Shown piece by piece: positions 24,191 to 34,346 of a stretch of 64,000 bases of DNA. Every line of letters starts with the position of its first letter. Position 1 is the first letter of the stretch. The notes below the pieces were generated by a model, which was not told where the DNA came from, made no database searches, and saw only the letters and a list, made by a program, of their open reading frames with translations. The position numbers and the translations under genes are program-made. Source of the DNA: Leucoraja ocellata (Eukaryota); the NCBI GenBank assembly GCA_036785375.1, contig JAWMAR010000256.1, forward strand, positions 1,674,001-1,738,000, read 5' to 3'.

Positions 24191-24840
24191 ATCCATGGCA
24201 GCTTGGAGATTATCAATCCCTCTTGTATCAATTGCTATTTATACAAGGATCACCTCGTGAATCACATTGTAAACAGAATATTTATATTAATGTGAGCAGA
24301 AAAGGGATAATGTTGAGACAAATGGAAAGAGGTCACAGTACTCCAACTTCAGGAGAGGATGTGTCTTGAGGGAGTCAGTGTTATGATCAAAGAGTGCTGA
24401 ATGTCAATGCGTATAAAGGTAGACAAATCTCCTGGGCCTGATCAGATATATCCAAGGACACTGTGGGAAGCTAGAGAGGAAATTGCAGGTGTCCTGGCTG
24501 AGATTTACGAGTTATCATTAAATACAGGTGAGGAGCCAGAAGACTGGAAGGTGGCAAATGTTATGCCTCTATTTAAGAAGGTGTTGGAATAATTTACACG
24601 AGATGTGAGGGGGAGTTAACTTCCTCTTTATTTGCAATAACTTGTCAGACACAGAGAACAGTCAAGCAAGAGACTGTTCTACAGACTCAAAGCAAGGAAC
24701 CTTTTTATACTCTTATCATATTTGACAGGGACATATGTTTACACAGTGGGTATTGTAATGCAGTATTCTGCCTTTCCCCCAGCAGCGCAGCCTTATTACT
24801 AAAAAACAGAACATGCAGGTGTCCAAATATTTGACTTCAT

Positions 24841-25167
24841 GGGGCGGCATGGTGGCGCAGAAGTAGAATTGCTGCCTTACAGCACTTACAGTGCCAGAGA
24901 CCCGGGTTCAATCCCGACCATGGGTGCTGTCTGTACGGAGTTTGTACATTCTCCTCGTGACCACTTGAGTTTTCACCGAGATCTTTGGTTTCCTCCCGCA
25001 CTCCAAAGACGTACAGGTTTGTAGGTTAATTAGCTTGGTACAAATGTAAAATTGTTGCTAGTCAGTGTAGGATAGTGTTGATGTGTGGGGATCGCTGGTC
25101 AGCACAGACTCAGTTGGCTGAAGGGCCTGTTTCCACACTGTATCTCTTAAATAAAACTAAATTAAAC
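24841..25167 (+). mobile_element. HE1-like V-SINE, full length
   Basis: GGGGCGGCATGGTGGCGCAG A box, GGTTCAATCCC B box, V-domain and tail. Confidence 0.9.
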
Positions 25168-25194
25168 CAGACATGTTTAGCCTAGTACAGAAGG

Positions 25195-25823
25195 AGTGGC
25201 TGGCTCGCCGACAGTCTGTCTTGTCCTTTTCTCTCTTTGTTTTTTACTACGTGTTAAATGAATTTTTTAGTGTTCTTTAGCTGTTTTATGTGGGGGGGGG
25301 ACGGAACTTAAAAAAAATCTCTTACCTTGACGGAGATGCAATTCCTTTCCGTATCGTATGTCCGCCCACACTGCGGCCTAACATCAAGGAGCTGGCGGTC
25401 TCTTGCTGGGAATCAAATTCGGGAGCTCCAACCACTGGAACCTGCAGGACTTAACATTGTCGAGCTCGCGGTCCCTTGGTTAGGGACCGACTTCGTGTGC
25501 TCCAGGCCGCAGGAGCTTTCACCTGATCGTGGGAGCCTCTACTGCCGCAATATGGGGGCGTCGATCGCCGGCTGCAGGAGCTTCGATCGCCCCGACTGTG
25601 GATGGTTCACCTGCCCCATCCGCGGGAGAATAAAGAGTGAAGAAGCTTAAACTTTATTGCTTTCCATCACAATGAGAAATGTGGGAATCCACTGTGGTGG
25701 ATGTTTATGTCAACTTTTAAGTATCTTGTTGCTTTTTCTAGTATGACTGTGTGGTAAATTGAGTTTCACTGTACCTTAATTGGTACATGTGACAATAAAA
25801 TACCTTTGAAGCTTTGAACCTTT
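25195..25823 (+). mobile_element. Rex1/Babar-derived non-autonomous element
   Basis: CTCGCCGACAGTCTGTC head, GC-rich body, TTCCATCACAATGAGAAATGTG block, tail TTTCACTGTACC...GGTACATGTGACAATAAA and (CTTTGAA-like)n. Confidence 0.72.
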
Positions 25824-28162
25824 GAAGGAAATCTTTACTGGAACAAAGTTTAACTTCCACAGTACGAAGTGCTCCCATGATCATGACAAGATTCCCACAA
25901 AAGGTTGCAAGGAAAAGCCTGGAAATTATAGGACAGTGAGTCTAACATCTGTGGTCAGAAAGTTACTAGACAGTATTCTGAAGGATAAGATGTACATACA
26001 TTTAGATAGACAAAGGCTGATTATTGATAGTCAGCATGTGGGAGATTGTGTCTTATGAATCTGATCCAGTTTTTTGAAAATATAACCAAAAGTGGGCAGA
26101 GCTGTAGTTTTCAACAGGCAATCAGCAAGACATTTGACATGGTTCATCATGGTAGGCTGCTCTGGAAGGTTAGATCACATGGGATTCGAGAACTAGCCAA
26201 CTGAATAGAAAATTGGCTTAGGGTCAGAAAGCAGAGGGTGATGGTAGAGGTTTGCTTTTCGGACTGAAGGCCTGTGACTAGTGGTGTGCCACAGGGATCA
26301 ATGCTGGGCACATTACTGTTTGTCATCTATATCAATGATTTGGATGAGAATGTACAAGGCACGATTTGCAAGTTTGCGGATGACACCAAAGTGGGTTGTA
26401 TTGTAGATAGCCACATGGCTATCAAAGGTAACAGCTGAATCTTGAACAGTTGAGGCAGAGGAATGGTTAATGGAGTTTAATGCAGATAAATGTGAGGTGT
26501 TGCATTTTGGAATGTCCAACCATGGCAGGACCTTCATAGTAAATGGCAGAGCTCTGGGGAGTTTTGTAGAGCAGAGGGATCTAGGAGTGCAAGTACATTG
26601 AAAGTGACATCACAGGTAGATAAGGTGGTCATGAAGGCTTTCGACACATCAGTCAAGGTTTTGAGTATAGATGTTGGGGTGTTATGTTACTGTTGGACAA
26701 GGAACCAGTGATGCCACATTGTGTTCAGTTTTGGCCACCCCGTTATAGGAAAGAGGTTGTTAAGTTGGAAAAAGTGCACAGAAGATTTATGAGGATGTTG
26801 CCAGGACTTGAGGGCCTGAGCGATGGGGGAAGGTTGGACAGGCTAGGAATGCAGTAGGATGAGAGGTGATCTTATAGAGGTGTTTAAGATAATGAGGGGA
26901 ATGAATAGGGTAGATGCATATAATCTGTTTCCAAGAATAGTGAAATCAAGAACCAGAGGACAGGTTTAAGGTAATAAGAGAAAGATTTAATAGGAATTTG
27001 AGGGGCAACATTTTCACATTGGGTATATGGAATGAGCTGCTGGAGGAGGTAGTTGAGGCAGAAATTATAACATATTTAAAGGCATTTGGACAGGAACATG
27101 GATAAGAAAGGTTTAGAAGTATATGGACCAGGTGAAACTAGTGTAGATGGGGCACATTGCTCGGCATGGACAAACTGGGCCCAAGGACCTGCTTCTGTGC
27201 TGTATGACCCTATGAATCTAAATGGAGCCTACAGTTGCAAGGCTGCAGCCAGGCAGAGCAAATCTTTAGTCAAGTATTGACATGTGAGTTCATGGCCCAA
27301 AGTGTTTATGCCAGAACAGGAAATCAAGGTTCTCAACCCAAAATATCACCTATTACTTTTCTCCAGATATGTTGCCTGAGCCTTTGAGTTACTTCATGAT
27401 TATGTGCCATTCTTCAGTGTAAACCAGCATCTGCTCTTCCTTCCTACACAATCACACACTACTTGCAGGTTTCCTTCCAAGTTATTATCACTATTTTTTT
27501 AATTGCTAGATCTGAATCATTGTATTCTCTGCGGGAATACCTTCAAAAGAATAACTGCAACAGGTCGAGATGGTGGCTACTGCCACTTTTATAAGAAATT
27601 ATTTTATAATAAATTCTTGGCTTGTCAAAAAATTCTATCCCCTGCAAATAAATCATTTTATCAAGCAGCGATGAGCAATAGGTGAGCAATAGATAGCAAT
27701 CTTTAGGATTGGTACAGAGCTTGGTTAGGTTAACTCATGTAGCTTGCCTAACAGAAAGAAATGATGGAATCCATCTTGGTCTGCAGGGATTCAAAATAGC
27801 AGCTGCATGGTTCATTGAATATTTGGAAATTTGTTTGAATTTTGCATCTCCTCTTTAATTATAAAGATGAGTGGCAATTCATCCACAGTGCTGAAGGAAA
27901 CAAATTATGGGGATGACATTTGCTTTTAATTCCAAAGTAATTGGATTCAATAGGAAAAATGTTATTCCAATAAATTTAAATTTTATTAAAATGCTGTTTA
28001 CTCTTGCACAGTTGTCATGACAAATTGATATTGAACAGCTGTTTCTCAGCTGGAGCTACTGGATGACATGTATTCCCGCACCAATGTTATATGTAAGATT
28101 AGTAGCGTGGATGAATAAGAAATACAGACTATTTTTCAAAAATGTGATAGATCAATGGATCT

Positions 28163-28756
28163 TAACACCTGGAGTATTGTGTGCAGTTTTGGTCTCCAAA
28201 TTTGAGGAAGGACATTCTTGCTATTGAGGGAGTGCAGCGTAGATTCACAAGGATTCCCGTGATGGCCGGACAGTCATATGATGATAGAATGGAACGGCTG
28301 GGCTTGTATACTCTGGAATTTAGAAGGATGAGAGGGTATCTTATTGAAACATATAAGATTATTAAGGGGCACGCTAGGGGCAGGAAACATGTTCCCGAAG
28401 TTGGGGAGTCCAGGACCAGGGGCCACAGTTTAAGAATAAGGGATTGGCCATTTAGAACGGAGATGAGGAAAATCTTTTTCACCTAGAGAGTTGTGAATCT
28501 GTGGAATTCTCTGCCTCAGAAAGCAGTGGAGGCCAATTCTCTGCCTCAGAAAGCAGTGGAGGCCAATTCTCTGGGTGTTTTCAAGAGAGAGTTGGATAGA
28601 GCTCTTAAAGATAGCCGTCAGGGGATACGGTGAGAAGGCAGGAACGGGGTACTGAATGTGGATGATCAGCCATGATCACAGTGAATGGCGGTGCTGGCTC
28701 AAAGGACCAAAGGGCGAATGGCCTATTCCTGCACCTATTGTCTATTGTCCATTGTC
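28163..28756 (+). mobile_element. 5'-truncated CR1 with an internal 30-bp tandem duplication
   Basis: QFWSPNLRKDILAIEGVQRRF; AATTCTCTGCCTCAGAAAGCAGTGGAGGCC occurs twice; (CTATTGT)n tail. Confidence 0.92.
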
Positions 28757-29297
28757 AAGCAATGACTGCATATGACTAATGTAGTTCTTCTACATTAGAA
28801 ATATGTCTACCAATTCATTGTTCCATGGTGAGATTTAACAAGTACGATTTCATCCAGTACATTGGTGTTTTAAAAAAAAGTGATTGCCAAAATTTGTTTT
28901 CAGTAATTGCTGCAGAAGCCTTTTTAAAAGCAACCAATTTTATTAGTGCAGATAAAATAACTGAAATTTCATGTCCTATAAGAATAATCCATGTTGGAAA
29001 AAACAGTTTTAAGCTAAAATAAGCTCAGTTGTAAAAATACAACATATGCTGCTGTACCAATGTTCCCAATATTATGTAGCTTCTGATTCTATTTTCCAGA
29101 TATATCCTAAATAATTATCTTTTAGGAAAATGTGGCTCTGCCTTATATGTATATTATATATGCAATGTATTCAGTAGATCTTCCATAATACTCAATCACA
29201 AATGAATATATGAATGGCTCAAAATGATTTTCCCCGAGTGAAGTATTCTTCCTGATGGGTCTGTATACCAATGGTTACTTCTGTTTACATCTGACCT

Positions 29298-29624
29298 TTA
29301 GTTTAGTTTTGAGATACAGCGTGGAAACAGGCCCTTCGGCCCACCGGGTCTGTGCCGACCAGCGATTCCTGCATATTAACACTATTCGCCAAACACCAAG
29401 GACAATTTTTACATTTACCAAGCCAATTTTCCTACAAACTTGTACGTCTTTGGAGTGTGGGAGGAAACCGAAGATCTTCTAGAAAACCCACGAGGTCACA
29501 GGGAGAATGTACAAACTCCGTACAGACAGCATCCATAGTTGGGATTGAACACAGGCCTCTGGCACTGCAAGCGTTGTAAGGCAGCAACTCTACTGCTGTG
29601 CTACTGCTGTGCTACCGTACCGCC
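29298..29624 (-). mobile_element. HE1-like V-SINE, full length
   Basis: Same architecture as 24841-25167 on the minus strand. Confidence 0.9.
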
Positions 29625-30404
29625 TAACTGTTTAATTAAATAATTTAGTGCGCCACGCAATTACGAATAAAACATTTCAAGTAATAGATTTTATAATCTA
29701 CTAATAAAACGTGATAGACAGGGTATTTGATTAACTTTAAACTTACAGGAATAATGCGTGTGTACAATTAAATGACCTTTTGCCTGCTTCACCTATTGAC
29801 TAGGAAATGGCTAATTAGTTTTTTTTTGCTGTCATATATAACCTTCAGAAAGATTTTTTAGTACCTAAGAAAAGCTAATTCTCTCACCTTTTGTTAAGAA
29901 GATGATTAGCATGGAGTTGTTAAGCGATGCTGGATTCATTTATTTTCACAAGATGATCATTTTTCAAATTTACATTTAAACAGCTATAAAATTGATTAGT
30001 TCTTATTTTTGAAATTTGCCCAATAGGACATATGTTTACAAGTGTTTTTGTTTCCATTTATTTTAAGGTTTTGTATTTGTTAATTTCATTAAAGTTTGCC
30101 ATCTGCCACTCAAAGACATGTCAAAAAAAAGACCATCTGTCTCACTAGCAGGATACTGCTCTCTGTGGAAAGCCAAAGTAAACCATTACCTTTTAACAAA
30201 GATGAAAGTTTCTGGCATGGGCAAGTTATATGGTTTTCAGACAATAGAAAAATCAGTTGAAATTTTCCTGATTCATTGCTGAATGTACCGGCTACAATTA
30301 GTTCCATTGTGGTCAACTTAACTTAACTCAAATATTCTGTTACGTTCTTGCATGGATACATCCGGGAGATAGAATAAATCTGCTGTCCCTATCCTTGCTT
30401 AGGT

Positions 30405-30573
30405 ATCAATGCACGCTCACAATGTCGGAAAGCCAAATAACCTAATGGACGCAATGCCTAAAAGCCAAATACCCGAACCGGTGCAACGCTGAAAAGCTGG
30501 CGCAATGGTGAAAAGCCAAATATATGCGACGCCGAAAAGTCAAATAACGGACATGACGTCTCTCGTTCTTTCT
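30405..30573. repeat. Array of short (G)AAAAGCCAAATA-like motifs, possibly the subterminal repeats of a DNA transposon
   Basis: Four to five CpG-rich imperfect copies run up to the assembly gap. Confidence 0.45.
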
Positions 30574-30703
30574 NNNNNNNNNNNNNNNNNNNNNNNNNNN
30601 NNNNNNNNNNNNNNNNNNNNNNNNNNNNNNNNNNNNNNNNNNNNNNNNNNNNNNNNNNNNNNNNNNNNNNNNNNNNNNNNNNNNNNNNNNNNNNNNNNNN
30701 NNN
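30574..30703. other. Assembly gap (130 N)
   Basis: Run of N. Confidence 1.
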
Positions 30704-30718
30704 TATCATCATATCATA

Positions 30719-31295
30719 TCATATACATTAAAAGTCTTATCTTGTACATGTGTATATGTGTATATGTATGTGTATATGTGTGCGTATATGTGGTTGTCTT
30801 TACATCTTCACAAAAACACTATGCGGTAACAATTACATTTTTACATATTCTGATTGACATTTTCTCCCTCGAGGCCGAGACCACCTTCACTGAACATTTT
30901 ATGCTTTATTTCTCGACATTACATTAAAAGTAAGTAAGGTTTAAAAACATCAAAAGACTTTGCATTTAAAATGACCAGCTTTCACTGATGACGTCAAAAT
31001 GGCTCAGCTATCAGTGATCAGCTTCACTGAAGATTTCATCCAATATATTCACGTTATTCACAATTAAAGCTTGAAAAATGCCAACTTTCATAAGATTTGT
31101 AGTGTTAAAATCAGACCTGCCAGCTTCCAACACATTTCGATCCAGTTTTGCGACTCAGGAGCACTGAACATTTCACCTCACAGGAGGGGGAGGGTGAATT
31201 GCCATTGCAACACGCAGGGCAAGTGCAATTGGGAGCTACAGGTGGGAAACAGGTGCATTGGGGGAGCAGAACCGACGGGCCTGCACTTGGTCTAG
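30719..31295 (+). mobile_element. Helitron-like unit 1
   Basis: 5' TCATATACATTAAAAGTC; 3' imperfect hairpin GCAG...CTGC, then ACTTGGTCTAG|T. Confidence 0.7.
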
Positions 31296-32856
31296 TATAT
31301 AGTAAAACTCTCATCTTGTTCGTGTGTATATTGTGTATTTTTAGATTTTCGCAAAAACACTACGCGGTAATGATAACATTTTTACATATTATGATTCACA
31401 TTTTCCCCTCTAAGCAGTGACCAACTTCACTGAAGATTTTAGGTTTTATTTCTCAACTTATTGCTGATTAAAGCTTACAGATATAGAAACACTTCCTTTT
31501 AAAACCAGCTTTCACTGATGAAGTCACAATGAAGTTTGCTCGACTCGGAGCCTGTTTCACGCACACAATTACTGCACGAGCTTCGAGTGATGTCACCCCC
31601 GCGACAGCTCCCATCGCCCCCCCCCCCTCCCACCCTCCCGCCCAAGCTATTCAAGCTCCCCCCCGAGATATTCACATTCCTCTCACCCGGGTTATTCGCA
31701 CCTTCAACCCCCACTGCCATGACACCCTAGCTGGGGTTTTATGCGGCCATCAAGGAGACAACGAGATCGCAGCGGTGAGGCCTGTCAGTTTGCCTGGTGG
31801 GAGTTGAGCTAGGGTTGCCACTTCGTTTGCCTGGTGCCTGGTGGAGAAGTTGCTGCCGTGGGCCAAGCCTGGCAACTGGGCCTGGGCTGGAGCCGATCCT
31901 GGAGCTGGAGTGAGGGCCGTGGCTTGGGATGGGGCCTTGACCGGTGCCGAAAAAGAAGCTGCCGGTGGAACCAAGGACAAGCCGGGTTCAGGGACGAGTC
32001 CGGAGATGAAATCGGGGCCTGGACTGGAGACCATCCAGTGGCCGAGCTGACAGCTGCAGTCTACAGCCTGGACCGGGCTGAGTATGAGAATCAGGCCGAG
32101 TTCCAGGCCCTGTTGCTGTCTACGACCTGGTTAGGTACACCCTCCCCCTCCCTCTCTACCCCCTCCCCCTTTAACCCCTTCCCCTCTACTACCTCCCCTC
32201 TCACTATAGTCCCGCCCCCTCCCTCTCAACCCCTCCCCTCCCTCTCCACACCCCATCCCTCTCTACCTCCTCCTCCTCCCTCTCTATGCTCTCCCTCTCC
32301 TCTCCCTCCTCCACTCCAACCAATCTACCCCCATCCCCTCTCTACCCCCTTCCCCTCCCTCTCTACCCCCATCTCTCCCAACCCCTTCCCCCTCCCTCTC
32401 TACCCTCTCCCTCTCCTTCCCCTCCCCTCCAAATCTACCCCCCTCCCTTTCTCTACTCCCCTCCCTCTGAAGATTTCATCCTATATTGCACGTTATTCAC
32501 GATTAAAGCTTAAAAAATGCCAAATTTAACAAGATTATTACAATTAAAATCTTTCCTCCCAGCTTCCAACACACTTCGATACAAAGTTGCAAGACAGAAA
32601 CACTGAACTTTTCACTTCAATGGGATATTTCAACAGAAGGGGGAGGCCAAATTGGTATTGCAATTGGAACTGCTGCGGCAGGGAGGGGAAGTGCAATTGG
32701 AATTGCACTCCCCTCCACTGATGAGCGAGGCAGGGGAGTGCAGGAATCATACATTTGGGAACGGCTTCAGTTGCGTTGAGGGAATGGGTGAGTAGTGGAA
32801 TATTGCATTGGGGGACCACACCATTGGGGGAGCAGATCCAATGGGTCTGCACTTGG
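31296..32856 (+). mobile_element. Helitron-like unit 2 with a GC-rich segment and a C-rich tract (32140-32465)
   Basis: 5' TATATAGTAAAACTCTCATCTTG; 3' 8-bp hairpin GCAGATCC-AAT-GGGTCTGC then ACTTGGT (CTAG missing). Confidence 0.7.
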
Positions 32857-33992
32857 TATATTACTAAAACTCTCATCTTGTTTGTTTGCGTGTGGGTTTT
32901 GTCCCCAAAACTACGCCAAAAAGGTACATGATACAATTTTTGTGCCAACTTACTCACCATTGTCATGTGATGTAAATGAAAGAAGTTTTGTTCAGATTGA
33001 TTGTATATTTTGCAAGTTATTGACTTTTAAACCTTAAAAGTACTTAAAACAGCGCCCAACATGCCGGTTGCACCTGTGCAGTTGGGGGAGGCCAATCAGC
33101 CCTGCTCTCTGCTGTGGGTCAGAGGGCGGGGAGAGGCCATGGTGGGGACCCAGGGCATGGCCGCTGGGGCTGGGTCTGGTGGCGGCGGCACTGCTGCTCT
33201 GGGCCCGTGGGGAGGGAGAAAATCGGGACCCAGGCAAGGACGAGGCTGCAGCCTCAGTCTCTCTCTCCCTGGCTCCAGTCTCGGCTTTCCTCCCTCAACA
33301 GCCCCTGCCTCAAGTACAACATCATCACCAACATGGTGGAGAAAACAGGGCCGGCGGTTTTTTACATCGAGATCCTGGGGAGGTGAGTAAACTGGGGGGA
33401 TTGAATGAGAGGAGGGGGTAGGGAGGGAGAGGGAGGGGAAAGTGGGGGAGGTGAGGATATATTATGGCGGAGGAGGGAGGATAGAGGGAGTGGCAGGGGG
33501 AGTGGAGCAGTGGGGGTGGTGAGGAGGGAGAGTGGGGTGTTGGATAGTGGAGTTAAGGATGGAGGGAGGGAAGGTGTGACTGAGGGTAGGGGAAAGGAGA
33601 GGGAGGTAGAGGTGAAGGGGAGAGTGGCAGAGGGGATGAGGAGCGAGAAAAGAAGAGGGTGAAGAGGAGAGAGTTCTAGGGGTGAGGGGGAATGGAGGAG
33701 GATAGGGGTAGGAAGAGGGATGGGGACAGAACGGAGGAGGGAAGGGAGAAGAGAGAGGGCAGGGAAGGGGTGGGGGGAGGTTGGTGGAGGCTGGGGAGAG
33801 GGAGGATAATGGAGGAGGGGAATAGCGGACTGAAGAGGGAGGGTGAAATGCATTCACAGTTATCTTATTTTTCACATTATTGCCATTATAAAATTTTAAA
33901 ACATCAGCCGCACCTGCTCAGTTAGGGGCTATAAGTGAGTGGTGGGATATTGCTTTGGGGGAATGGGGCCCAGCGTGTCCCACTTTGTCTAG
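32857..33992 (+). mobile_element. Helitron-like unit 3 with a G-rich tract (33395-33845)
   Basis: 5' TATATTACTAAAACTCTCATCTTG; 3' degenerate hairpin then CTTTGTCTAG|T. Confidence 0.7.
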
Positions 33993-34346
33993 TATCTATA
34001 TAATTAAACTCAAATCTTGACCACCTCCTGTTTGAAGTGCATATTGATTTTAGAAAAAACACTACCACGTACGGCTGTGATTTTTGGCCATCTTACTCAG
34101 AGTCCCACTGTGCAGAACAAGATGATTTTTCCCACCGATTAAAAATAAAAGACATTAATGTTTTTTAAATGTTGAGATTCTATCTCCTTTCAATCATGCC
34201 ATGAAGGCCACGCCCCTTCTGGTGGGAGAGGGAGGGGCTATAAAACCTGAAAGTGTATGTGGCGCACCTAAAACGGTGTGACCACCTCGATTTAATTTAA
34301 TTTAGACTGCCTCAATCTCTGCAAGATGGGGGTGCGAGAGATCACC

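Larger units (their letters stand above)
24582..25899 (-). mobile_element. Solo LTR, itself interrupted by a SINE and a Rex-derived element
   Basis: Termini TGTTGGAAT...ATTCCCACA; 5-bp TSD GAAGG/AAAGG splits the CR1 FKK|GC codons; TATA-like and AATAAA signals on the minus strand. Confidence 0.65.
24330..27220 (+). mobile_element. Degraded CR1 ORF2 hosting nested insertions
   Basis: DKSPGPDQIYPRTLWEAREEIAG, PEDWKVANVMPLFKK | GCKEKPGNYRTVSLTSVV, KFADDTK and a 3' tail near 27200. Confidence 0.88.

Noticed and set aside
25318-25345. U1 snRNA-like CTTACCT..G..GGAGAT in the Rex-derived leader
   Set aside because: Similarity is short and gapped; no U1 stem-loops or Sm site follow.
25330-25386. HDV-like ribozyme reading (ACGGA/TCCGT as P1, GATG/CATC as P2, CCTAA as J4/2)
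   Set aside because: Too few bases for P3/L3 and no GG for P1.1; a simple hairpin explains the pairing better.
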